Origin: Myxococcota bacterium
GTDB lineage: Bacteria; Myxococcota_A; UBA796; CAJQPC01
Length of the DNA: 31,859 nt
NCBI GenBank assembly: GCA_036012755.1
Contig: DASCPX010000119.1
Coordinates: forward strand, 1-31,859
Reading direction: 5' to 3'
The notes under the pieces were generated by a model. The model saw nothing but the letters and a program-made list of their open reading frames with translations. It was not told the DNA's origin and made no database searches. Shown piece by piece: positions 16,866-26,590 of the stretch (positions within the stretch are counted from its first letter, which is position 1; each line of letters begins with the position of its first letter). The translations under genes and the position numbers were made by a program.

Positions 16866-18548
16866 ATGTTCCGCGACTTCCTCATCCTTGGCGGCGCCGG
16901 TCTGGTCGGCACGCAGGTTGTCCGTCACATCGTGAAGACCTTCGACGCTCATCGCATCGTCGTGGGCTCGCTCTTCGAGAAGGAGGCGACCGCCGCCTGC
17001 CAGCGCTTCGAGCGGGAGTTCGGGACCGGGGTCAGCTTCGTGCCGGAGTGGGGGGACCTCTTCCTTCCCCACAGGCTCGCGGGCACGCGTCGGGTAGACC
17101 TCCTCTCGGATCGGGCAACCCGAAACCAGCTGCTGGACGCCCTCTACGGAGAATTCGACGCTGCCTATCGGGGCAACCAGCTCGTTCGGCTCGTGCGACG
17201 CCATCGGCCAGAGGTCATCGTCGACTGCGTCAACACGGCGACGGGGCTGAGCTACCAGGACATCTTCGACGGGGCGGCGAAGGTGCGCGAGCGCATCGGG
17301 ACAGAGGGCTTCGCCTCTGCCCACACCGGGGACCTGGAGACCTTCCTGTTGTCCCAGTCCGTGCCGCAGCTGATCCGGCACGTGCGCTTCGTCCACCGGG
17401 CGACCATCGAGTACCAGACCAAGGTCTACCTGAAGGTCGGCACCACCGGCACCGGCGGCATGGGGATGAACATCCCCTACACCCACTCAGAGGACAGCCC
17501 CTCTCGCAAGCTGCTCGCAAAGACGGAGGTCGCCTTCGGCCACACGGGGCTGTTGTTCCTCCTGGCTCGGACCCCCGGGGCGCCGATCGTGAAGGAGGTC
17601 AAGCCCGCCGCGATGATCGGCTACAAGGCCGTCCAGGTGAAGACCGTGCGTGACAAGCACGGCAACTCCTCGCTCTTCGCCGTGAAGCGGGAGGCGGTCT
17701 CCACGGGCTCCACCTTGGAGCTCAGGCAGTCGGAGGAGTCCTACGAGAAGACCGGCGCCCTCTCCGTCGCCATCGTGGACACCGGCGAAAACGGCCTCTT
17801 CACCCGCGGCGAGTTCGAGGCCATCACCGCGCTCGGCCAGATGGAGTACGTCACGCCAGAGGAGATCGCCCGCATCGTCGTCCGCGAGCTCCGCGGGGCC
17901 ACCACGGGCCGGGACGTCATCTCCGCCCTCGACGGAGCCGTGCTCGACCCCAGCTACAAGGCCGGTCTCGTGCGCAACGTCGCCTTGCGCGACCTCCGGC
18001 AGGTCGAGAAGGCCTCGCTCGAGGACGGCACCGGCGTGCCCAGCATCGCGCTGGGTCGGCTCGGTCCACCGGCCCTGTCGAAGCTGCTCTTCGAGGCGGG
18101 CCTGCTGCGTCGCGTCTACGACTCCATGCAAGCCATCAGCGAGGCTCGCCCGAGAGAGATGTGCAAGGCCCTCGAGGCAGTCCTCGCCGACCTCAAGTAC
18201 GACGTGCTCCCGCCCTCCATCGGCGTCCCGGTGCTGCTGAGCGACGGCCAGACGCTGATGCGCGGCCCCCGCATCAACGTGCCCGAGATCCTCGGTCACG
18301 GCACCTCGGTCGAGGTGGGCATGGGCGACCTCGACGCCTGGGCCGCCAAGGGCTGGGTGGACCTGCGCGAGGCGAACATGAGGGTCTGGCAACAGCGCGT
18401 CAGCCGCATGCTCCAGGCTCGCCGCGACCTCCGCGCAGAGGGCAGCGCCGCCGCCACCCTGGAGAGCTACATGAGCCACCGCTTCGAGATCGGCGAGGTG
18501 GTCGCCTGGATCTTCAACAACGAGATGGGTGGGTACCGGATCAAGTAG
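16866..18548 (+). CDS. Uncharacterised Rossmann-fold (SDR-like) protein, 560 aa
   Basis: LILGGAGLVG nucleotide-binding motif; IVDCVNTATG; KVGTTGTGGMGMNIPYTHSE. Confidence 0.7.
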   Translation: MFRDFLILGGAGLVGTQVVRHIVKTFDAHRIVVGSLFEKEATAACQRFEREFGTGVSFVPEWGDLFLPHRLAGTRRVDLLSDRATRNQLLDALYGEFDAAYRGNQLVRLVRRHRPEVIVDCVNTATGLSYQDIFDGAAKVRERIGTEGFASAHTGDLETFLLSQSVPQLIRHVRFVHRATIEYQTKVYLKVGTTGTGGMGMNIPYTHSEDSPSRKLLAKTEVAFGHTGLLFLLARTPGAPIVKEVKPAAMIGYKAVQVKTVRDKHGNSSLFAVKREAVSTGSTLELRQSEESYEKTGALSVAIVDTGENGLFTRGEFEAITALGQMEYVTPEEIARIVVRELRGATTGRDVISALDGAVLDPSYKAGLVRNVALRDLRQVEKASLEDGTGVPSIALGRLGPPALSKLLFEAGLLRRVYDSMQAISEARPREMCKALEAVLADLKYDVLPPSIGVPVLLSDGQTLMRGPRINVPEILGHGTSVEVGMGDLDAWAAKGWVDLREANMRVWQQRVSRMLQARRDLRAEGSAAATLESYMSHRFEIGEVVAWIFNNEMGGYRIK

Positions 18549-18605
18549 GTCTGGTCGCCCTGCCGGCCCTGTTCCTGTTCCTCTTCGGCGCCTGCTTGGG
18601 GGCGC

Positions 18606-20390
18606 TCAGACGTAGAAGCCAGCGATCTCCGCGGCGTAGCGCTCGCCGACCACGTTGCGCTTCAGCTTCATCGTGGGGGTCAGCTCGCCTGACTCGACGC
18701 TGAACTCGGTCGCGAGCACCTTGATCTTCTTGATGGTCTGGTAGCGGGCGACCTTGACGTTGCAGCGCGTATCCAGCTGGGACTCGAGGTACTCGAGCAC
18801 CTTGGGGTGAGCCGCCAGTTCGGCCAGGTCGCCCTCGATGCCCAGCTTGCTCCTCAGCACGGGGAGGGCCTCTGGGTCCAGGGTCAACAAGGCACACAGA
18901 TAGGGTTGGCGATCGCCCACGACCACGGCCTGACCCACCCCGACGATGGTCTTCAGGTAGCTCTCGAGCTCGATGGGGGCGACGTTCTTGCCGCCCGAGG
19001 TGATGATCAGGTCCTTCTTGCGCCCCGTGATGCGCAGGTAGCCGTCATCGTCCAGCGAGCCCAGGTCGCCGCTGTGGAGCCAACCCTGGGTATCCAGCAG
19101 CTCGGCGGTTTTGTCGGGCATGTGCAGGTAGGCCCGAGTCATGTTCTCTCCGCGCATCAGCACCTCGCCGTCGTCGGCGATGCGGATCTCCACCCCAGGA
19201 AGGGCCTTGCCCACGGTCCCGAAGCGAGGCCTGCCAGCCTCCGGGCAGGTGGCGACGCCGGTGGTCTCCGACATGCCGTAGCCCTCGTAGACCGTGATGC
19301 CGAGGGAGGCGAAGAAATCCAGGGTCTCGAGCCCGATGGGGGCCGCGCCAGTCGCCGCCGCCGCCAGGTCCTGCAGGCCCAGGGCCTCCTTCACCTTCGA
19401 GATGACCAGCTTGTTGGCCCAGCGTCGAGAGAAGGTGTCGACGGGCTCACCCGTCTCGCACTCCTGCTTGAATGCCGCCAGCTCGGTCCTCAGGGCCCAT
19501 CCGGTGAGCCAGCCCTTGACGCCAGTCTGTGCCGAGAGCTTCCCCTCGAGCACCGCCTGGAACTTCTCCCACACGCGAGGGACGCCCAGGAAGATCGTCG
19601 GCTTGACGCTGACCAGGTAGTCCTTGATCTGTGTCAGATCCGGGCAGAAGAACACCATGCCTCCCGTCGAGAGCTGCATGAGGTTCGTGAACACCTGCTC
19701 AGCGACGTGACACAGAGGCAAGTAGCATACGACACGGTAGGACTCGGCGAACTCGGCGAGATCGGGGAAACGGCTGACCACACCCTCGCCGCACATCAGC
19801 ATGCCCCGGTGGTCCAGGGTCACGGCCTTGGGCACGCCGGTCGTGCCAGAGGTGTAGATCAAGAGCGCCACCTCTGTGTCGGTCATCGCCTCCAGGCGGG
19901 CGTCAAGCTCCGCGTCGTCCTGTTCCCGCCCCAGGGCTCGCAGCCCTTCCAGGGTCCTGAGCTCGCGGTCCAGATCGTTCAAGGTCAGGATCTCGTCCAG
20001 TTCGAACAGGCCCTGGGCCTGGCCCTGGCGGAACTTCTCCAGGTGGTCCTCTTCGCCGACGAAGGCCAGTCGCGAGCGGGAGTGGGACACGATGTAGGCC
20101 ATCTGCTCGGCAGTGTTCGTCACGTAGATGGGCGCCGGGATGCCCCTGGCCGCCATGATGCCGAACTGGGCGATCACCCACTGGGACTGGTTGTTGCCGA
20201 CGATGGCCACGCAGTCACCCGGCTCGTGTCCCAGGGCGATGAGGCCCTTTGCCGTCTCACGGACGGCGGTCCAGTACCCGGACCAGGTGATGGGGGCCCA
20301 GTCGTCGCCTACCCGATCGTGCAGGCTCGGGGTGTCGGGTCTCTCTCGGGCCCAGCGGGCGATGCGGTGTACCAGGGTGTCGTTGCGCAT
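18606..20390 (-). CDS. fadD: Long-chain fatty acid--CoA ligase (AMP-dependent synthetase)
   Basis: YTSGTTGVPK, YLPLCHVAE, EGYGMSET, GWLHSGDLG, GRKKDLIITSGGKNVAP, ELTPTMKLKR. Confidence 0.92.
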   Translation of the reverse strand: MRNDTLVHRIARWARERPDTPSLHDRVGDDWAPITWSGYWTAVRETAKGLIALGHEPGDCVAIVGNNQSQWVIAQFGIMAARGIPAPIYVTNTAEQMAYIVSHSRSRLAFVGEEDHLEKFRQGQAQGLFELDEILTLNDLDRELRTLEGLRALGREQDDAELDARLEAMTDTEVALLIYTSGTTGVPKAVTLDHRGMLMCGEGVVSRFPDLAEFAESYRVVCYLPLCHVAEQVFTNLMQLSTGGMVFFCPDLTQIKDYLVSVKPTIFLGVPRVWEKFQAVLEGKLSAQTGVKGWLTGWALRTELAAFKQECETGEPVDTFSRRWANKLVISKVKEALGLQDLAAAATGAAPIGLETLDFFASLGITVYEGYGMSETTGVATCPEAGRPRFGTVGKALPGVEIRIADDGEVLMRGENMTRAYLHMPDKTAELLDTQGWLHSGDLGSLDDDGYLRITGRKKDLIITSGGKNVAPIELESYLKTIVGVGQAVVVGDRQPYLCALLTLDPEALPVLRSKLGIEGDLAELAAHPKVLEYLESQLDTRCNVKVARYQTIKKIKVLATEFSVESGELTPTMKLKRNVVGERYAAEIAGFYV

Positions 20391-20414
20391 GCCGGGCTTC
20401 TATCCCAAGTGGGG

Positions 20415-20987
20415 TCAGAGCGGCGCCAGGACCACCACCCCAAAAGCGACCACCGTGTTCTCTCCCGCATTGCTGTAGCTGTGGTTCTGGTCCCCTCGGA
20501 AGGCGCAGACGTCTCCAGCGTTCAGCTCGAAGCGCTCGCCGTGGGCGTGGAGGTGCAGGCTCCCCCTCTCGCAGAAGAGGTACTCCCGCGTCCCGGGACG
20601 GTGCGGCGCGCCGGTGAAGCGGCCTTCGCGGGGGATCTCCATGCGCAGGATCTCCATCCCCGCGATGTGATCCGGCAGCAGCCGGGAGACCCTCGCCACC
20701 CCGCCCGGTCCCTTCCGATCCTCGGGAAGGGTCCCCGCCGGGAACATCCGCCCGAGCGCCTGGGGAGCGCTCAAGATCTCTTCGATGCTGACCTGAAGGG
20801 CCGAGGCGATCCTGGCCAGGACCGCCAGCGTGGGGTTCCCTCCGCCCGCCTCCAGGTTGGCGATGGTAGAGCGAGGCACCTCGCAGAGCCGGCTCAGGCC
20901 AGCTTGCGTGAGGTTGCGACGCTCGCGCAGGTAGCGGAGGTTCTTCGACAGGTTCTTCGACAGGTCTTCCAGTGGGGCCGTGTGCAT
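20415..20987 (-). CDS. XRE-family HTH regulator with cupin sensor domain
   Basis: NLRYLRERRNLTQAGLS...STIANLEAGGGNPTL; cupin PHRPGTREY...GDVCAFRGDQNHSYSN. Confidence 0.9.
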   Translation of the reverse strand: MHTAPLEDLSKNLSKNLRYLRERRNLTQAGLSRLCEVPRSTIANLEAGGGNPTLAVLARIASALQVSIEEILSAPQALGRMFPAGTLPEDRKGPGGVARVSRLLPDHIAGMEILRMEIPREGRFTGAPHRPGTREYLFCERGSLHLHAHGERFELNAGDVCAFRGDQNHSYSNAGENTVVAFGVVVLAPL

Positions 20988-21091
20988 GTCCGCTCGTTGG
21001 AGTTATGTCCGCTGAAGGACTGTCGTGTTGATGAAGGGACTGGCACTCTCTATACCAGATCGCGACAACCGAACAGCACGGAGAACCAGAC

Positions 21092-21685
21092 ATGAGCACC
21101 CTCGTCACCCGATCCGCTCCCGACTTCACCGCCACGGCCGTGATGCCCGACAACACCTTCGCCGAGCTCAGCCTCGCCGATCAGAAGGGTCGCTACACGG
21201 TGCTCTTCTTCTACCCGCTGGACTTCACCTTCGTCTGCCCCTCGGAGATCCTCGCCTTCGACCGCGAGCTGGCCGCCTTCAAGGCTCGCGACTGCGACGT
21301 GATCGGTGTCTCCATCGACTCCCAGTTCTCCCACTTCGCCTGGCGCAACACCTCGGTCAACGACGGCGGCATCGGCCAGATCGGCTTCCCGCTGGTGGCT
21401 GACCTCGACAAGCAGATCGCCCGCAACTACGGCGTCCTCCTGAACGACTCGGTGGCGCTGCGGGGCCTCTTCCTCATCGACCGTGACGGCATCGTCCGCC
21501 ACGCCCTCGTCAACGACCTCCCCCTCGGGCGCAACGTGGCGGAGGTCCTGCGGATCGTCGACGCGCTGCAGTACACAGAGGCCCACGGCGAGGTCTGCCC
21601 GGCCAACTGGAAGACCGGCGAAGACGCCATGACGCCGACGGCCGATGGTGTCGCCACCTACCTGGCTTCCCACGCCGCTTCTTGA
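21092..21685 (+). CDS. ahpC: 2-Cys peroxiredoxin (AhpC/Prx1)
   Basis: FYPLDFTFVCPSE and GEVCPANW; GGAG SD. Confidence 0.95.
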   Translation: MSTLVTRSAPDFTATAVMPDNTFAELSLADQKGRYTVLFFYPLDFTFVCPSEILAFDRELAAFKARDCDVIGVSIDSQFSHFAWRNTSVNDGGIGQIGFPLVADLDKQIARNYGVLLNDSVALRGLFLIDRDGIVRHALVNDLPLGRNVAEVLRIVDALQYTEAHGEVCPANWKTGEDAMTPTADGVATYLASHAAS

Positions 21686-21740
21686 GGGAGACCGGCGTGA
21701 TTCGGCTGCCCGCGCTCCCCTACGCCATCGACGCGCTGGA

Positions 21741-22550
21741 GTGACCATCGACACGCTGATCGGCCCGGTCGGTGTGGTCGCGGCCATCGCGCTGTTCCTC
21801 GTGGCCGGTGCGGTGCATCCGAGACGCACCCCCGCCGTGGACCGCAGCGAGCTGCAGCTCAACCTGCTGACCGGTGGCGGGATGTTCCTGCTTCGTGTCG
21901 GTCTGCTCGCCCTGATCGCCGGACCCGTCGATGCCCTTGGCGGTGGGCTCCTCGATCTGTCGGCAGTCCGCTGGCCTGCCCTCCAGGCGCTCCTGGTCTT
22001 CCTCGTGCTCGACCTCGGCCGCTACTGGCTCCACCGGCTCGACCACCGCGTGCCGTGGCTCTGGACCTTTCACCGGGTCCACCACTCGACCGAACACCTC
22101 GACGCCACCGCCGGGCTGCGAATGCACGCGGTGGACATCGCCCAGCTCACGCTGTTGCCCGTGGTGCTCTTGTCCCTGCTGCTGGACGTGTCTTCGTTCC
22201 ACCCGGCGGTGCTACCCGGGGTGCTGCTGGTCGGCGCTGTCTTCGACGCCTTCGAGCACTCCAACCTCGCCATGGACATGACCAGGCCGCACAACAGCGC
22301 CTGGAACATGGTCTTCAACAACCCCCACTTCCACAGCTGGCACCACACCAGAGACGGCTCCCGGTGCGACGGCAACTACGGCCAGGCCTTGACGATCTGG
22401 GACCGGCTCTTCGGCAGCGACGTCACCGGGCCGGAGCCGCCGGAGGCCCTTGGACTGGAAGGGGACCAGGCCCTCGAGCACGGCGTGCTCGCGATGCAGC
22501 TGCTCAGAACACGTCAGCAGGCGGACGCCACAGAGCGTGGACCAGCATGA
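21741..22550 (+). CDS. Sterol desaturase / fatty acid hydroxylase family protein (start uncertain)
   Basis: His boxes YWLHRLDH, FHRVHHS, FHSWHH; NYG...IWDRLFG. Confidence 0.88.
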   Translation: MTIDTLIGPVGVVAAIALFLVAGAVHPRRTPAVDRSELQLNLLTGGGMFLLRVGLLALIAGPVDALGGGLLDLSAVRWPALQALLVFLVLDLGRYWLHRLDHRVPWLWTFHRVHHSTEHLDATAGLRMHAVDIAQLTLLPVVLLSLLLDVSSFHPAVLPGVLLVGAVFDAFEHSNLAMDMTRPHNSAWNMVFNNPHFHSWHHTRDGSRCDGNYGQALTIWDRLFGSDVTGPEPPEALGLEGDQALEHGVLAMQLLRTRQQADATERGPA

Positions 22551-23550
22551 CCAGGAGGGCGAGGAGCAACAACGCGCAGGCCTGGTGGAGCAGGGCGAGG
22601 CCCGTCGGGACCTGACCCAGCAGGGTGGCGATCCCGAGGGCGACCTGGACCAGCGCCACCAGCCCGGTCGCGGCGAAGAGGCGGCGAGGCCGGCGGGACA
22701 GGCCGGCGCTGCGTGAGCGCAGCCAACACAGGCCGATCCAGGCCAGGGTCAGCAGACCGGCCGAGCGGTGGAGGAACTGCACGGCGCCTGGGCTGCTCAG
22801 GGGACCAGCGGGGCCCGGGAAGCCCGGCGGCAGGATGCCCCCGGCCATCAGCGGGAAGGTGTTGTACACGAGCCCCGCGTCGAGCCCCGCGACCAGGGCC
22901 CCGAGCAGCAAGGTCAGCGAGCAGAGCGCCAGGGCGACCAGGGCCGAGTGTGCCAGCGGCAAGGCCGGACCTCGCCCGGGCCTGGCGATCCCCAGCGCCG
23001 TCCACATCAGCGCACAGAACAACAGCGCGGCCAGGCCGAGGTGCACGGCGAGACGGAAGTGGCTGACCTCCGGGCGGTCCACCAGCCCGCTTCGGACCAT
23101 CCACCACCCGACGAGGCCCTGCAGCCCACCCAGCGCGAGCAGGCCGAGGAAGACCGGGAGGCGCCGGGGAGCGATGGCGCCGCGCACGGTGAAGACGACC
23201 AGTGGAATGACGAAGGCCAGGCCCAGGATGCGACCCAGCGCTCGGTGGAGGTACTCCAGCCAGAAGATCGAGCGGTAGCCGTCGAGGTCCATGTCGGAGT
23301 TGACGAGGAGGAACTCGGGGCTGCTCCGGTAGGCCGCGAAGGCCTCTTCCCAGCCAGCGGCGCTCAGGGGCGGCAGGACGCCCGTCACCGGTCGCCAGTC
23401 CACCATCGACAGGCCGGAGTGGGAGAGCCGGGTCCAGCCCCCTAGCGCGACCATCGCGAAGACCAGGAGCGCCACCACGAGCAGCCAGGCGGCCACTCCG
23501 CGATCCTCGGACGAGGCGGTCCGAACGGTGGGCTCAGCTGACAGCAACAT
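22504..23550 (-). CDS. ctaA: Heme A synthase (COX15/CtaA type 2)
   Basis: GGWTRLSHSGLSM, WLEYLHRALGR, GWWMVRSGL, VSHFRLAVH, AGLDAG, QFLHR, LLHQ. Confidence 0.92.
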   Translation of the reverse strand: MLLSAEPTVRTASSEDRGVAAWLLVVALLVFAMVALGGWTRLSHSGLSMVDWRPVTGVLPPLSAAGWEEAFAAYRSSPEFLLVNSDMDLDGYRSIFWLEYLHRALGRILGLAFVIPLVVFTVRGAIAPRRLPVFLGLLALGGLQGLVGWWMVRSGLVDRPEVSHFRLAVHLGLAALLFCALMWTALGIARPGRGPALPLAHSALVALALCSLTLLLGALVAGLDAGLVYNTFPLMAGGILPPGFPGPAGPLSSPGAVQFLHRSAGLLTLAWIGLCWLRSRSAGLSRRPRRLFAATGLVALVQVALGIATLLGQVPTGLALLHQACALLLLALLVMLVHALWRPPADVF

Positions 23551-24433
23551 CCACCAGCATCGAGGCGAAGAGCGCCAGGAGGTAGAGGTTCGAGATGAGG
23601 AAGAACCTGCGGTCCACCGAGACGTCGCGTGCCCGGAGGACACCGACGCAGCGCCACAGGAAGGCCAGCCCGAAGACCAGGGCCGCGCAGGCGTAGAGTC
23701 CGCCCAGGTAGCCCATGAAGAAGGGCGCGAGGCTGACCGGGACCAGCAGCGCGGTGTACGCCAGCATCCGCCAGCGGGTGGGCTGGTCGCCGACGACGTT
23801 GGGCATCATCGGGAACCCGGCGGCGGCGTACTCGTCCTTGCGGTAGAGCGCGATTGCCCAGAAGTGGGGCGGAGTCCAGAAGAAGATGATGAGGAAGAGG
23901 CAGAGGCCGCCCCAGCCGATGCTGCCGGTGAGCGCCGCCTCTGCGATCAGGGGCGTCGTGGCTCCGGCCGCGCCTCCGATGACGATGTTCTGCGGTGTCC
24001 GCGGCTTGAGCCACAAGGTGTAGACGAGCACGTAGAACAGGATGCTGCCGACACCGACCGCTGCGGCAACCCACCCCCCGATCGCCCAGAGCGCTACGGT
24101 CGAGGCCACGGAGAGGAACAGGCCGAAGCCCAGCGCGTGTCCGGGCGCGATGGAGGCGACGGGCAGGGGACGCCCTCGAGTTCGGGCCATCCTGGCGTCC
24201 GAGTCCCGCTCGACGTAGGCGTTCAGGACGCTGCAGGCCGCTCCGGCCAGGGCCGTGCCCGAGAGGACCTTCACGCTCAGCCAGAAGCCGGGCCACCCCG
24301 CCGGGTGCATCGCGAAGACCGGCAGCCCGGTGAACAAGACCAGGGCGAGCACCTTCGGTCGCGTCATCTGCCAGTAGATCCAGGCGACCTCTCGCAACGA
24401 GCGACCCGCGACCGCGACGCTGGCGATGGTCAT
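23534..24433 (-). CDS. ctaB: Protoheme IX farnesyltransferase (heme O synthase)
   Basis: ERDSDARMARTRGRPL, YTLWLKPRTPQNIVIGGAAG, FWTPPHFWAIA. GGAGG before ATG 24433. Confidence 0.95.
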   Translation of the reverse strand: MTIASVAVAGRSLREVAWIYWQMTRPKVLALVLFTGLPVFAMHPAGWPGFWLSVKVLSGTALAGAACSVLNAYVERDSDARMARTRGRPLPVASIAPGHALGFGLFLSVASTVALWAIGGWVAAAVGVGSILFYVLVYTLWLKPRTPQNIVIGGAAGATTPLIAEAALTGSIGWGGLCLFLIIFFWTPPHFWAIALYRKDEYAAAGFPMMPNVVGDQPTRWRMLAYTALLVPVSLAPFFMGYLGGLYACAALVFGLAFLWRCVGVLRARDVSVDRRFFLISNLYLLALFASMLVDVAVS

Positions 24434-24652
24434 GGGGCCTCCAGTCACCTCGCGCTCCTAGCACATGCGCGGATCGGGACCACCAAGAAAACGGGTGGCC
24501 CTTCAAGGGGATATCATGCCGGAGGCCCGTCGCGAAGCCGTTTCCGTTGTGGATGGACGCAGGACGCGCGTTCAGGGTGATCCTATTCCAGACAGTCGTC
24601 CGTGAAGCCCGCCAGTCTCGGGAGGCGAGAGTGTGCCGAACGGGCACGCTGC

Positions 24653-25969
24653 TCAGGCGTCGATTCTCTTCAACACGCTGTAGAGCTTGTGCCTGGAGAT
24701 CCCCAGGGCCTTGGCGCACTGCGCCTTGTTCCCCTGGAAGCGCTCCAGGGTCTGGCGCACCAGCTCCGCCTCCGCCTCGGCGAGGGTCATCGTGCGCGCG
24801 GCCGGGACCGGACGTCGAGCCTCGGAGGGCAGGTCCTCTACCTGGATCATCGGGTGGGTCCCCTGAAGGACGGCGTGCTCGAGGGTGTTCTTGAGCTGCC
24901 GCACGTTCCCGGGCCACCGGGCGGTCTGCAAGACCTCCATGGCCTTCTCGGAGATGCCGCGGATGCAGTCGCAGTGGCGGTTGCAGAAGCTGGTCAGGAA
25001 CCACTCCGCCAGCTCCGGGATGTCCTCGAGCCGCTCGGCGAGCTCCGGGACCTCTACCCTGACGGCCTGGAGCCGGAAGCGAAGGTCCTCGCGCAGGGTC
25101 CCCTCTGCGACGGCCTGGTCCAGGTCCCGAGAGGTGGTGGCGACCACGCGGACGTCCACGGCCTGGCCCTCGAGCGAGCCCAGCGGGCGCACCTCGCGCT
25201 CCTCCAGGAAGCGCCGCAGCTTCGCCTGGACCGGCAGGGGCATCTCGGTGAAGTCCTCGAGGTGCAGAGTGCCGCCACGGGCCGCGCGGATCAGGCCGGT
25301 CCTTGCTCTCCCGCTGCCGCCGAAGGCGCCGCTCTCGCACCCGAAGAGCTCCAGCTCGGCGATGTCGAGGGGGAGGCTGGCGCAGTCGACCACGACGTAG
25401 GGCCCCTTGGACCCGCTCGCCTCGTGGATGGCGCGGGCGACGAGGCTCTTGCCCACTCCCGTGTCTCCGGTGACCAGCACGTGGCTGTGGCCGCCCGCCG
25501 CCAGGCGCACACGCTGCAGCAGCAGCTCCATGGCCGGCGAGGAGCCGACCAGGCCAAAGCGCCGCACCGGCCGGGCCTGGTTGCTGCGACGGCTGCAGTC
25601 GAGCCGAGACCCCCGCACGTAGGACCGGGCGTAGGCGGTGACGCGCGCCAGCTCGAGGTCTCTCAGGGCCCTCTGCAGCTCCGGCGCCGGTGGACCCACG
25701 AGCTCGATGGCCGCGCCCTCGAAGGACTTGGTGGCGACCATCAGCTCCTCGAGCGGGATCCCCCAGCGGCGTGCGTTTGTCCCGCTGGACTCCAGCACGT
25801 GGTCCTGGGCATCGCCTCTGTGCAGCTCGCGGAGCTCCTGGCCGAAGACCTCCTGGAACTGGCTGCGCGACAGGCGATCGGAGCTCCGGCAGAGCAGGAA
25901 CGCGCGATACCAGGACTCGAGGAGGACCTCGCCCTCGCCGAGTAGAGTCTGGAGGAGGCCTTCGTTCAC
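24653..25969 (-). CDS. Sigma54-activator-like (bEBP) AAA+ / Fis-HTH regulator with helical RsbRD_N/globin-like N-domain; degenerate motifs
   Basis: Walker A GDTGVGKS, WPGNVRQLKN, GNKAQCAKALGISRHKLY. GAFTGA reads GAFGGS; Walker B reads LHLEDF. AGGAG before GTG 25969. Confidence 0.85.
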   Translation of the reverse strand: MNEGLLQTLLGEGEVLLESWYRAFLLCRSSDRLSRSQFQEVFGQELRELHRGDAQDHVLESSGTNARRWGIPLEELMVATKSFEGAAIELVGPPAPELQRALRDLELARVTAYARSYVRGSRLDCSRRSNQARPVRRFGLVGSSPAMELLLQRVRLAAGGHSHVLVTGDTGVGKSLVARAIHEASGSKGPYVVVDCASLPLDIAELELFGCESGAFGGSGRARTGLIRAARGGTLHLEDFTEMPLPVQAKLRRFLEEREVRPLGSLEGQAVDVRVVATTSRDLDQAVAEGTLREDLRFRLQAVRVEVPELAERLEDIPELAEWFLTSFCNRHCDCIRGISEKAMEVLQTARWPGNVRQLKNTLEHAVLQGTHPMIQVEDLPSEARRPVPAARTMTLAEAEAELVRQTLERFQGNKAQCAKALGISRHKLYSVLKRIDA

Positions 25970-25996
25970 GAGTCTCCTACTAACTCGGAGGTAGTC

Positions 25997-26554
25997 CTGG
26001 TCCCCGTCCTCGTCGCCGTCGTCGGCTGTGGAGCCACCCCGCCCCCGGTCCTGGGGGAGCTGCCCGCCTTCGAGCTCGTCGACGAACATGGTGGGCTCGT
26101 GCGCGCCACGGACCTGCGCGGACGCGTGCTCGTGGTGGACTTCATCTTCACCCGCTGCACCCTGAGCTGCCCGGCGATCACGAGCCACATGGCCGAGCTC
26201 GCCGGCCTGACCGCAGACGCCCCGGGGGTGCCCATCGACATGGTCAGCATCACCGTCGATCCCCAGCACGACACCCCAGAGGTCCTGTCCGAGTTCTCCT
26301 CCAGCTGGAGCATCCCGGATGAACGCTGGCACCTGCTCACCGGCACCACAGAGCAGATCGACGAGGTCTCCGCCGGCATGCTGCAGGCCCTGACCCGCGG
26401 AGACGGGCCGGCGCCCGATGTCACGCACTCCCAGCGCTTCGTTCTCGTCGACGCGGAGGGACGACTGCGCGCGATGCCGAGCGCATCCGCCGAGGAGCTC
26501 GACCCGCTGGCGGAGCAGGCCCTGTTGTTGTCCCGGACGGGGAGCAGGCAGTAG
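25997..26554 (+). CDS. SCO1/SenC family copper chaperone lipoprotein (probable CTG start)
   Basis: FIFTRCTLSCP, SITVDPQHDTPE, THSQRFVLVD. The frame extends upstream of GTG 26099 through LPAFELVDEHG and lipobox VVGC. Confidence 0.85.
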   Translation: MVPVLVAVVGCGATPPPVLGELPAFELVDEHGGLVRATDLRGRVLVVDFIFTRCTLSCPAITSHMAELAGLTADAPGVPIDMVSITVDPQHDTPEVLSEFSSSWSIPDERWHLLTGTTEQIDEVSAGMLQALTRGDGPAPDVTHSQRFVLVDAEGRLRAMPSASAEELDPLAEQALLLSRTGSRQ

Positions 26555-26590
26555 ATCGCGACCGGCGCGGACTGCGGTAGGGTCCCGCCC

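Noticed and set aside
18549..18605. Lipoprotein-signal-like string (LFLFLFGAC) after the Rossmann gene
   Set aside because: No start or SD; lies in a short convergent intergenic gap and runs into the antisense of fadD.
20938..20964. 12-bp tandem duplication (LSKN x2) in the XRE gene
   Set aside because: In-frame and N-terminal to the HTH; probably neutral slippage.
21041..21056. TGGCAC-tctct-ATAC as a sigma54 promoter for ahpC
   Set aside because: The -12 position reads AC instead of the required GC.
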